A DNA stretch of 64,000 nucleotides from Barthelona sp. PCE (lineage: Eukaryota). Within the stretch, counting starts at the first letter, position 1; each line of letters starts with the position of its first letter. Position numbers and translations under genes: made by a program. Shown here one piece after another: positions 32,387-41,408 of the stretch. The stretch spans positions 1,116,001 through 1,180,000 of the forward strand of contig JAUFOR010000002.1 of assembly GCA_040285745.1 (NCBI GenBank), in the 5' to 3' direction. The notes under the pieces are model-generated. The model made no database searches and was not told the origin of the DNA. It saw nothing but the letters and a program-made list of their open reading frames with translations.

Positions 32387-32725
32387 ATGCCAAAATGGTC
32401 AGATGAGGATACAGACTCCGAGTACGATAGTTATGACGCTTACGATAGTGTTGAAGAGGAAGAACAGGACCTGAAGCAGGAAAAAAAGATTGCTCCAACG
32501 GTCATTCCAGGCATAGAGCACATGGTACTGGACAAAGCGGGGGCTTCCACGGTCTCCATAGGAGAATCATCTCTGTTGACAAAAAAGTCGACCAATGATG
32601 TTGAGAAAGTTGTTGATCTCATACCTATGTTTCTCAAACAACCGTTTATTGCAGCCTTCCAATCTTATGAAGGTACTGAATCCTATGGGAGATCTGTGTA
32701 TCAACACGATGGGGAATTCTACTAG
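32387..32725 (+). CDS. Small acidic hypothetical protein (112 aa)
   Basis: ATG-started ORF after an AT-rich spacer, with a D/E-rich N-terminus. Its last 80 nt overlap the Myb gene in antisense. Confidence 0.5.
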   Translation: MPKWSDEDTDSEYDSYDAYDSVEEEEQDLKQEKKIAPTVIPGIEHMVLDKAGASTVSIGESSLLTKKSTNDVEKVVDLIPMFLKQPFIAAFQSYEGTESYGRSVYQHDGEFY

Positions 32726-33779
32726 AGATAGCCTTCCAATTATTCTTCCGTCCGACTTCATAGTATATTCTGATGAGCTGCTCATCCTCTTCCTTTGTCC
32801 ACGGCCCCTTTTTGATCGCTGGGTGTAGACAACGATGCCAACGTTGTGAGCACTGATCTGCAGTTTTGTTTCCAACTCTTCTGGCGACCTGTTTCCAATT
32901 CTTGCCTTTAAACACTTTGACAGCTTCTCTAAGTCTGTCGTCGTCCTGCTGGGTCCATAATTGAGGCTTCCTACGCATGCCTCTCCTTTTTTTTGTTGAT
33001 GTTTTCTTTCCAAAAATGTTTTCAACGGGTTGCTCAAAAAAGAAATCAGGGCAATAAGTTGGATCATCATTCTCACTCAATTCATCTTCTTCATCAATGA
33101 CCTCAAGCCAATCTAATGATAATGCTTTATCTCTACATGATAATGCTTTATCTCTACATGATAACACATTTTTATATCCGATTCTTTTACGCCGGTTTTT
33201 TAACTGTGAAACAAATTTTTTTGGCTTAGGAGACACAGATACAGAAAGCTCCTTTTTGACAGGAGAAGCGCTCTTTGGCACAGCACGGACAGGGGGGTAC
33301 TCGTATTGTTCAGTGTATTCCCCAAGTAAAACATCAGTGTCGGTGGAACATGTGGAGTTATAGTCAGCCGTTGGGATCACAGCTGTTCTCTGCTCGACCA
33401 TTACTTCGGAAGGAGACGTTGCAGTGAGTTCCTTTTCTGACTCTTCAATCTCAATTTCCTCTTTAGGAAGCAAAAGTTGTGCAATTTCGTCCTTTGAAAG
33501 AGATGTGTAGATGTGAAGAAGGTTGATTGATTCATCAAGGCGTAATATACCATTGCTGAAACGGTCCAGAACATCTATGATCTCTTCACGGTTATTTTTA
33601 GCCTGCAGAATGAAAGTATCCTGAAGTGATGGTTTTACCTCTTCTACTGCATGTTTAAAAGATGGAGAGGGCGAAATAGATCCCCAATGTGAAGCTGAAA
33701 AAGCGGATTCTGGATGGATTCCGTCAATATCAAAATACTCATACCCAAAACAGCCCATCATTGAATTATGAAAGTCCAT
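32646..33779 (-). CDS. R2R3 Myb-type transcription factor with C-terminal repeats
   Basis: WTQQDDDRL...KNWKQVA...TADQCSQRWHRCLHPAIKKGPWTKEEDEQL...NWKAIS. ATG at 33779. Confidence 0.9.
   Translation of the reverse strand: MDFHNSMMGCFGYEYFDIDGIHPESAFSASHWGSISPSPSFKHAVEEVKPSLQDTFILQAKNNREEIIDVLDRFSNGILRLDESINLLHIYTSLSKDEIAQLLLPKEEIEIEESEKELTATSPSEVMVEQRTAVIPTADYNSTCSTDTDVLLGEYTEQYEYPPVRAVPKSASPVKKELSVSVSPKPKKFVSQLKNRRKRIGYKNVLSCRDKALSCRDKALSLDWLEVIDEEDELSENDDPTYCPDFFFEQPVENIFGKKTSTKKRRGMRRKPQLWTQQDDDRLREAVKVFKGKNWKQVARRVGNKTADQCSQRWHRCLHPAIKKGPWTKEEDEQLIRIYYEVGRKNNWKAISSRIPHRVDTQISHRIQYLHKIGRLQ
33116..33164. repeat. In-frame 21-bp tandem duplication inside the Myb gene
   Basis: ATGATAATGCTTTATCTCTAC twice plus 7 nt; it encodes LSCRDKA-LSCRDKA-LS. 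Confidence 0.9.
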
Positions 33780-34030
33780 CGTGGTGTATTTCAGCGAAAA
33801 AGTAAAGGTAGCCCAAGAAATAAGACCGAAAAGAAAAAGCAAGTCACCTTTCACAAGTGGTCTAATTTTTTCAAAATAGATACTTCTTAATTTTTCTTGC
33901 TTGAATCACAGCCGAATACCCTATCCTATTGATAAAAATCCTGGAATACTATTTTGAAGTTTTCTTTTTTATTAAATCCATGTCTGTTGGTTTCTCTCAA
34001 AAGTACGTATCAGAACGATGTTTAATCTGT

Positions 34031-34729
34031 TTATTCGCTCGCTAGCATCTCATGGATACTGTCTAAAGAAAAGCCTCCGTTGAGATTCATGTACACAATC
34101 TTTGCATCGTCTGTTAAATCTGCAACAACAAAGGCATGACTCTGCGCCATCTCAAGCTCCTTATCAGTGGGATCCATTAGCATGACACGGGACTCATTGG
34201 AGTCTAAAATTGAAACACACATTAACTTTAAAGATTTTTGCTCCAAGAAGTGCCTTCCTGAGAATTGTAAAGCACCCTCCTGGTCTACATCCATGACTCC
34301 TGCATTCATGAACAGATTCTGCAGGAACGAAACGATGTGATATATTATGTTTCCATCAAGCAATTGTATATTAACCTCAATTGTGTATTTGACCATCTTG
34401 TTGGTGTTTTCCACCCATTTAGATAGCATTTTGACAATGAAACTAGGAATGTTAATCTCATTTCCGTTCTTTAAAACGATTAGTTCCACTCTAGAATCAA
34501 TGGATAACTCCACTTTGCTCACTGTGTACACTAATCCGCCAAATATCTCAATCCCCAAGCTCCTGTACGCAAATGCAGTGCTTTTATCTGTCTTGACAAC
34601 GTTTCGGAATCCAATTTCACGATAATCTGCAAATCTTCGTTTATCAAGCCTTAAACCCTTGCTGTGAAGTGTATCCGCAACAACCTCTGGGAACACCTGC
34701 ATAACCAGGCCCTTTGTAGCTATAGACAT
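34031..34729 (-). CDS. Exosome core RNase PH-like subunit (RRP43/RRP42/RRP45 group)
   Basis: FPEVV...GLRLDKRRFADYREI at the N-terminus and LMDPTDKELE near the C-terminus. ATG at 34729. Confidence 0.65.
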   Translation of the reverse strand: MSIATKGLVMQVFPEVVADTLHSKGLRLDKRRFADYREIGFRNVVKTDKSTAFAYRSLGIEIFGGLVYTVSKVELSIDSRVELIVLKNGNEINIPSFIVKMLSKWVENTNKMVKYTIEVNIQLLDGNIIYHIVSFLQNLFMNAGVMDVDQEGALQFSGRHFLEQKSLKLMCVSILDSNESRVMLMDPTDKELEMAQSHAFVVADLTDDAKIVYMNLNGGFSLDSIHEMLASE

Positions 34730-35119
34730 TGCTTTTGTGTTCTTATGTAAAGGAAAAAATAACAAAGACGTGTGTAATGCTGCTTCTAAACCGATAACCT
34801 CTTTTACATTGGGACTAAACACCACACGTTGCTCGTGAAGCAGAAATAAACAAGGTCTTTTCTGAAAATATAGAAACAACAGATGCACAGAAGTTTAGAA
34901 CCACATATAAGCAAGGTTGCATTGTATTGCATCCAGAGACACAAGTAACACTCTGTATTCATATGTAGTTGGGCCTCCAATTTATCTCGGTCCACGCTCC
35001 TGTTTGAAAGCTTTTATTCCGAAAAATAGGAGATCAAATGAGTTTTCGCATGTTTTACAGAACAAAAGCCCATATAACCAACTTTATGCAACTGCTTTTA
35101 AATTTTTATCCTTTTCTTT

Positions 35120-36517
35120 ATGTCTTCCTCTGAATTGAGCGATGCCACCGACCGTATTGACACTCCAGTGCGGCCAGATGTTGTTAAAGAACATGTTTCG
35201 CAGCAGAAAATTCCCACATCATCATCAACAACATTGACAGTACCAATAGATTTAGCTAAAGTGAAAAAACGCTCAATGGATGAACCTATTGAACGTATAA
35301 GTATCATATCTTGGATGTTAAACATTTTGGGGTGGGTTTTTAGTGCACTTTTTTTTCCAATCCTCGTGCATCGACGTATGAAAACCTACATCACTTCCAT
35401 ATTTGGACTCTCTACAAAAGAGACCCGCAAGTGGCAGAAGGTATCTTTCTGGACCACATTGATAGTTTTTCTCTTCTTTATTTTTGCTGTATCAAGCCTT
35501 CAGATGGGAATCAAGGTAGATTCGTTTCTGAATGGCCTTGCGAAGTTCCTTTTAATCATTATTTCAATCTTTGCAACAATTATGTTTGCATTAATTACAG
35601 AAGCTTGTGTGAATATCTTTACATTTTTGATTGTTTACATAACTAAAAAACCTCAGCGCATCTACTATGCAGCAGTGAAGTGGTTGGGATCTGTATTAAT
35701 GGGAGTTTTAATGTTTTTGACAATTTGGGGACTCATTAATCGAACAATTTTCCCAATGAACGGTACCGTCGAAAACATCCATCTGTACTACGATAACCTC
35801 CCGTCAGAGCTGGAAGGGTTCAAGATGATGCATCTCACAGACATGCATATCGATGGTCTGTACGGTTCTACGCACTTCCTTAATGAGCTAGACAGAGAGA
35901 TCGACCGTGTTCAGCCTGACATGATTGTCAACACCGGTGATTTCTTTGATACAACAATAGAACGTATCAGGGCTGTACGTGGTTTCCACGCAACATTTTC
36001 TCGTAATATCACTTATGGTCATTTCTATTCGTTGGGTAACCATGAGTTCATCCACGATGAGGAAGCGACAGTCAAGTACGTGCAGACAACAAATATTACA
36101 CCGCTGCGTGACGAATCTGTACTGGTACCCATCTCTGGTAACGTTTCTATGCAATTGGTTGGAGTTGACTATACAAGCAGTTCACCTGCAGTTAACAAGA
36201 GCAAGATCCCATACAATCTTACCAGAGATCCCGACTCTTCATTTTCAGTTCTCTTGTACCACGCTCCTGTCGACCCCTTATGGACAATGGCCAGAGATAA
36301 AATGGATCTTATGATCATGGGACACACGCACTCTGGCCAGTTCCTGCCTGTTAATTTATGGGCTAAACTAGCATATCCTCGTCTGCGCGGTATGTTTAAG
36401 GAGGGTAGATGTACGTATTATGTCTCCAACGGTGGTGGATCATGGTTATTGCCGCTCCGACATCCGTTTATAACTCAAGCCCAAATCCCTGTCTATATAC
36501 TGCATAATAAAGTTTAA
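35120..36517 (+). CDS. Membrane-anchored metallophosphoesterase (TMPPE/YkuE-like)
   Basis: N-terminal TM helices followed by DMH, GDFFD, GNHE, H and GHTHSGQ motifs. Confidence 0.88.
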   Translation: MSSSELSDATDRIDTPVRPDVVKEHVSQQKIPTSSSTTLTVPIDLAKVKKRSMDEPIERISIISWMLNILGWVFSALFFPILVHRRMKTYITSIFGLSTKETRKWQKVSFWTTLIVFLFFIFAVSSLQMGIKVDSFLNGLAKFLLIIISIFATIMFALITEACVNIFTFLIVYITKKPQRIYYAAVKWLGSVLMGVLMFLTIWGLINRTIFPMNGTVENIHLYYDNLPSELEGFKMMHLTDMHIDGLYGSTHFLNELDREIDRVQPDMIVNTGDFFDTTIERIRAVRGFHATFSRNITYGHFYSLGNHEFIHDEEATVKYVQTTNITPLRDESVLVPISGNVSMQLVGVDYTSSSPAVNKSKIPYNLTRDPDSSFSVLLYHAPVDPLWTMARDKMDLMIMGHTHSGQFLPVNLWAKLAYPRLRGMFKEGRCTYYVSNGGGSWLLPLRHPFITQAQIPVYILHNKV

Positions 36518-36519
36518 TT

Positions 36520-37905
36520 TTATTTACTTTGCTGGACAAACTCATGTACAACGTTCCAGAAGTTATTAATCTGTCTTAAATGATCATGGGATCTATTGGG
36601 ATTGAAATCAATGACCTGAATGTTATAGTTCTTGACGAAGGAAGGCACATCGTTTCCCTTCCAACAGAAATAGAAGGTGGGGATGGAAGCAAACAGCGAC
36701 TGGTAATCTGGATACATATCGGGGATGAGGGTAGACACTAAAGAATTAGTTCCGTCGATAATTATACCACTTAACAACGCTTCCTCCTTCTTGACTCGGT
36801 GTAAATTGTTTTGGTTTTTCTGAATTTGCTGTTGGTTTCTTGCGTTCAGTTGGTCAATGGTGCGCTTGACACTGTCATAATTATCGAAGAAATAGAATTT
36901 ATCCTTCGTCTTGATGAAGCTGCTTGGCAAGATCTTCTCGATGGACTTCTCTGGTATCTCAACCGATAGGTTCTGGTACATACCGTTGCCAAGGAAAGAC
37001 TTGACGTTGTCCAAAGTAATAGAAAGTCTGCCACTGCGGCCACTGGAAGGCACCAAAATGATTGGCCTGAATTTTTTCTTCTGCTTCTTCTCATTCCTCA
37101 CGCGTTTTTGCTTCAGGAAGCTGTTCAACTCACTGTACTTCGACCTAAAAACACTCAAAGCATCACTGATTGAATCCTGCTGTTGGGATAACAGTTTCGA
37201 CTGCAAGACGGTAAAATTCGGCTCAATGAGCCCTAAATTGGTGTACCTCACCATGTTGTCCATGAATTCTTCCTGTTCATTTAGGTCTTCTATCGATTCC
37301 ATAGAGTCGTTTAGCATTACTGTATTAAAGTTAAAATTAATCTTTTCCTTCTTTGAGAGACCCATAACAGCCTGGCCCTCTGCCTCCTGCTCGGCTTCGG
37401 CGTCGATTCCTACCATACCCTGATCGTTTGTATCAAACAAGGTGAGTTCTGGAAATTCCATGTCGTGCTCTACAAAGAGCTCCTCAAAAGGAATCTGAGC
37501 CCACGGGTGGTAGTCAACCTCGCTTATTGGGACAATGATACCCATCTTAGGCTTGATATGTGCACTGACAACGCCAGTTTTCAAATACTGAAGGAATGCA
37601 CGGAAATTAAGGTTCATAAGACGATTCTCAGACGGTAAGTCCCTCTTCTGATATTCCAAAATGTACGAACGATAACTGCCCTCCTCAACGCAAACATTGT
37701 ATGCAATTGCGAGAGAAATCAACAAAACTCTGCTGTTATCACGCCTGTGAAGTATGTTTGTTTGTGTGTTGAACGGGAAAGTGTGGCTTACACCTTTTGA
37801 ATCAAAAGAAACTGTTGAAGCTGCTCTATCGAACTGAATAGCTGATCCATCCTCATACGCGGAACGCAGGAGTGCGCATATGTCAATATCCTGAACCTGT
37901 TCCAT
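36520..37905 (-). CDS. CDC73: PAF1 complex subunit CDC73/parafibromin
   Basis: RPIILVPS...ITLDNVKSFL and the C-terminal RSHD...NNFWNVV match the CDC73 C-domain; FLQYL matches the N-domain. ATG at 37905. Confidence 0.75.
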   Translation of the reverse strand: MEQVQDIDICALLRSAYEDGSAIQFDRAASTVSFDSKGVSHTFPFNTQTNILHRRDNSRVLLISLAIAYNVCVEEGSYRSYILEYQKRDLPSENRLMNLNFRAFLQYLKTGVVSAHIKPKMGIIVPISEVDYHPWAQIPFEELFVEHDMEFPELTLFDTNDQGMVGIDAEAEQEAEGQAVMGLSKKEKINFNFNTVMLNDSMESIEDLNEQEEFMDNMVRYTNLGLIEPNFTVLQSKLLSQQQDSISDALSVFRSKYSELNSFLKQKRVRNEKKQKKKFRPIILVPSSGRSGRLSITLDNVKSFLGNGMYQNLSVEIPEKSIEKILPSSFIKTKDKFYFFDNYDSVKRTIDQLNARNQQQIQKNQNNLHRVKKEEALLSGIIIDGTNSLVSTLIPDMYPDYQSLFASIPTFYFCWKGNDVPSFVKNYNIQVIDFNPNRSHDHLRQINNFWNVVHEFVQQSK

Positions 37906-38088
37906 TACAAAACGTTTTTGAAAAGGTTGAGATTCCCAAAACACTTTTTTAAGGTTGATCTTTCCAATTGGTGGTACATCTGAAGAAGATACTCCGCCAT
38001 AGGAAACACACTAAAACTTGCTTACACTGTAAAACACATGCTATTCGTTTGGCAAAATTGTTTCCAATTTTTCTCTTCTTTTACGTTA

Positions 38089-39084
38089 ATGGATTTAGAA
38101 CACACCACTTACGAGAAGACGTTCTATCTCGATTCCTATGTGAAATTATGTGAAGTGGCAAAGTCATATGACAGCGAAATTCCGGAAGAGCTAAAGCAAA
38201 TGATTCAGAGTATAGGAGGGTATTCTACAAGCATGGGGGGTCTTTTTCAGCGAATTGCCAGAGTGTGTAATTCTATTTCAAAGGAGTTTCGCATTGAAAA
38301 AAAACAGTTAAATGTTTTGACTCATCTTTCAGATGATTCCAACGTGCTTAAAGTGGCACTTTTTGATGAAAAAGATAGAAATGTTCGTGATATATCACAA
38401 GAAATTTCATGTTTTGTTGTTAATGGTGAAACTGAAGTCAAACCAGGCAGAAATCAATCAATATCATTCGATATGAAGTCATTAAGCAGATTAGAGGTAC
38501 GTCCCATTGTTAACGATAAGCTATATCGCCTAAAGGACATCAGTTTTGATTTTTTGTGCTTACCCACTGTATTTGTTTATTCACAGTTTTTAACATCTTT
38601 AATAGATTATTTGTCAGCCAACGGGTGTTTTAGTATTGATTATCCTGGTAAGATCCAAATGGATGATGTGTTAAAGAATATATGTGAGGAAACATTAGGT
38701 ACGATAGTTGCACCATTACATGACATATGTGAGTTTTTCTTCACAAAGTTCACCGAAGTAGTGATATCTGCAGAGATTGTAATATTAAATGAACCTGGAG
38801 AAATTGTTAAAACAGAGGTTTGTTACCCTTTCATCGATAGTACCGAATTTGTTCCTTTTGGTGGTTTAAATGGTGGCCAAAACGAGCAACTTGTCGTTTT
38901 AGAGCATCTTCTAAGACAGAAACGGACGTTGGGTTTGAATAATATTGCAAGTGATATTCAAAACGATATTCAGCAGTTGGAAGTTTTCATCAATAACCAG
39001 GATGGATTGCTGAACAGTGACCTTAATAATGACTTTTTCAGTAACAATATGAGCGTAATATTGGAGTTATTAAACTCAGGTTGA
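38089..39084 (+). CDS. Probable divergent SWI/SNF BAF60/SMARCD-like SWIB-domain protein
   Basis: SYVKLCEVAKSYDSEI resembles the BAF60 segment AYMDLLAFERKLDQTI; LIDYLSANG...IQMDDVLKNI resembles a SWIB domain. Confidence 0.45.
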   Translation: MDLEHTTYEKTFYLDSYVKLCEVAKSYDSEIPEELKQMIQSIGGYSTSMGGLFQRIARVCNSISKEFRIEKKQLNVLTHLSDDSNVLKVALFDEKDRNVRDISQEISCFVVNGETEVKPGRNQSISFDMKSLSRLEVRPIVNDKLYRLKDISFDFLCLPTVFVYSQFLTSLIDYLSANGCFSIDYPGKIQMDDVLKNICEETLGTIVAPLHDICEFFFTKFTEVVISAEIVILNEPGEIVKTEVCYPFIDSTEFVPFGGLNGGQNEQLVVLEHLLRQKRTLGLNNIASDIQNDIQQLEVFINNQDGLLNSDLNNDFFSNNMSVILELLNSG

Positions 39085-39230
39085 TAATAGTGCAGATTAT
39101 TTTAGAAATAGTGAATTGAAACGATGCCTATATGTTGTTTAAGAGGCACAAGGGAATGTTCAAAGTATAGTTATACAGTAAACGATTGTTTCACATTTCT
39201 TATCCTTATCAATGAATGAATAGATAATAG

Positions 39231-41120
39231 ATGCGATTGAATCTTATTTACTCATCACAAATGCAGGGGAACAGAGCTCCAAAGCAGAATGGAGCAGAGT
39301 TTGCAGGATATTTTCTCGATGTGGGTGTTTTTTACTCAAATGAGGTTATTGAGTTGTGTTGTGGGAGCTCTTTCATCACACTTGTACCTCTTGCGGAGCA
39401 CAAAGCAGCAAATCCGGAGTGCAAACATATGAGCATTGTTAAGGTTGCTGTTGTACCTACAGTGTTTTTATTACCTGATTTGGTTGTTTTAACATCAACA
39501 CACGAGCTCATCCGCTGCAGCTATGAGATGAATTTAGACGCAGCTATACACAGTTACTCATATCATAGTATTGATTCAGTGCATAAGTTCTTTAATATAT
39601 GGCATGCCGAGGAACAAATAGATCCTCTCGAAGAGAACGAACAATTCGGTGATTCGCTTCCTCGTGTCGTTCCCCCAATGTTTTATGCGATGCACAAGGA
39701 TGAAAGAAACAATCCTCGTCTCAGTTATTTTGTATTGGATCGTAAGTTCATCAAGGTGAATAATTTCGAATGCGAGAGTACGTATGTTGAGCGTGAAATC
39801 GAAGAAGAATATGATCAGATGATTGACTTTGCTGCCAGCAGTTCTTGCACGATAATGCTTGTTCAATCACAAAAATATGCCGCAATAGATGATGATGTGA
39901 TGATGGAAGTCCCAGTTCAGGCTTCAGAGCAAGAGTATTCGGTTGTGGTTAGTTTTTTCCAAGATGCTGTTCCATTTATCACGACAAGTATCCCAAAATC
40001 TGTATTGGACGTAGTTGATTTTAAGAAAACAGTGTTCTGTAGTGAAAAATTCTTAATTTTTTATAGTTTTAATGAAATTTTTGTGTGGTCCTGTGACTCT
40101 CCAAGAAAATTTTTTAGAATATCAACAGAGTTCGATATTTCATCAGTTAGACCACTAAAGACGTTCAACAGTGATGCAAATTTAGTGTTTTATGTAAGTA
40201 CAGAGAATACATTACTGCGTTTTTCTATGCCATTGCAACCAGAAAGTTTCCCTGAAAAGTTCATATACAGCAACACAGTTTTATCAACAACTGGATTTGA
40301 GGTCCAGAGTATTAATGTATCCTCTGATATCAGGTGGATTAACTCTTTTGATGTGATTGAGATTGAGAATTTCTGCTTTTTGTTGTTAAATTCCATGATG
40401 ATTGCTGATAACGGTGAAAGTGTGGTTGGCACGGCGTTGGAATATGGTAAACTGGGTGGTGGAATTCAAACGGTACCTACTAGTGTTCTGTTGAAGATAC
40501 CTGCAGCATTCCTTGACTGTATGATGAGCCAAACAACCATGATGGGTCTTATAGACTATGGTAGTCTAAAACAGAATTTGATCGATTCAAATAACAACCA
40601 GTATACAATTCAGCGATTAATTCGATTAATTTCAATATATCTAAAGCACTGCAAATCCTTTGAATTCTATTACACCCGTGCATGTAAGCGGTATGATGAT
40701 GGAAAGAAGAAATTACCTGCATATATTGCAGGTATTACTTTGCCTTACGATCAAGAATTGATAAACATGATCGATGAAGATAGTGATCACCATATATTGC
40801 GTGATCTAGTACCTGCGTACTGGGAATGTATACAAATGTACGAAGATAGTATTAAGTGCTATATGTCTGGGTGTGATGAGTGCAATCTAACTCGTAAGAC
40901 CTTTGTACCAGTGTATTCGTGTGAGATTCATGGGCTACAACCCATTGATTTTGATACAGGTCACATAGAACATGATCTTTTTGCTATTTGGATTTCTTGT
41001 CCTATTTGTGGTTGTCAACGAACTCTGAAGTATCCATTTGACATGGAAACGTTCGAAATATGCCAGATATGTAGAAGCTTTATGGTTATTAGATCATATT
41101 TGCATGAAGTTGATTTGTAA
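39231..41120 (+). CDS. Hypothetical protein with beta-rich N-terminus and C-terminal Cys-rich Zn-binding region; possibly TFIIIC subunit 4-like
   Basis: 629-aa ORF with C-terminal CDEC, CEIH, CPIC and CQIC. The TFIIIC similarity is tentative. Confidence 0.6.
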   Translation: MRLNLIYSSQMQGNRAPKQNGAEFAGYFLDVGVFYSNEVIELCCGSSFITLVPLAEHKAANPECKHMSIVKVAVVPTVFLLPDLVVLTSTHELIRCSYEMNLDAAIHSYSYHSIDSVHKFFNIWHAEEQIDPLEENEQFGDSLPRVVPPMFYAMHKDERNNPRLSYFVLDRKFIKVNNFECESTYVEREIEEEYDQMIDFAASSSCTIMLVQSQKYAAIDDDVMMEVPVQASEQEYSVVVSFFQDAVPFITTSIPKSVLDVVDFKKTVFCSEKFLIFYSFNEIFVWSCDSPRKFFRISTEFDISSVRPLKTFNSDANLVFYVSTENTLLRFSMPLQPESFPEKFIYSNTVLSTTGFEVQSINVSSDIRWINSFDVIEIENFCFLLLNSMMIADNGESVVGTALEYGKLGGGIQTVPTSVLLKIPAAFLDCMMSQTTMMGLIDYGSLKQNLIDSNNNQYTIQRLIRLISIYLKHCKSFEFYYTRACKRYDDGKKKLPAYIAGITLPYDQELINMIDEDSDHHILRDLVPAYWECIQMYEDSIKCYMSGCDECNLTRKTFVPVYSCEIHGLQPIDFDTGHIEHDLFAIWISCPICGCQRTLKYPFDMETFEICQICRSFMVIRSYLHEVDL

Positions 41121-41408
41121 AAGTTTCTTTCTTCTTTAATCATAACTTCAGTGTTTTTTAGTGCTTTCACGCTCACCATAACAAATTAGTGTGTTTTGAG
41201 ATTTAATATTGTTTTCAAAATAGAATGAATTAATGCAATTACTTCTTTCACCTAGTTGCTTAAATTTTGTTTACTGTTATTGTTGTTAATCGAATGTAAA
41301 TTATATTAAAGATGTCTATATATGTTTCATTTCACCATATTTGCTGAAGAGGATTGATTTACAATTTTTACCTTTTCTCTCTATTATTGAGCAAAAATGA
41401 GGTGTTAA

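Noticed and set aside
32187-32474. 95-aa hydrophobic ORF
   Set aside because: Mostly AT-rich spacer read-through overlapping the better-supported ORF at 32387 in another frame.
32567-33076. 169-aa alternative-frame ORF within Myb
   Set aside because: Out-of-frame overlap with the conserved Myb domain and no independent evidence.
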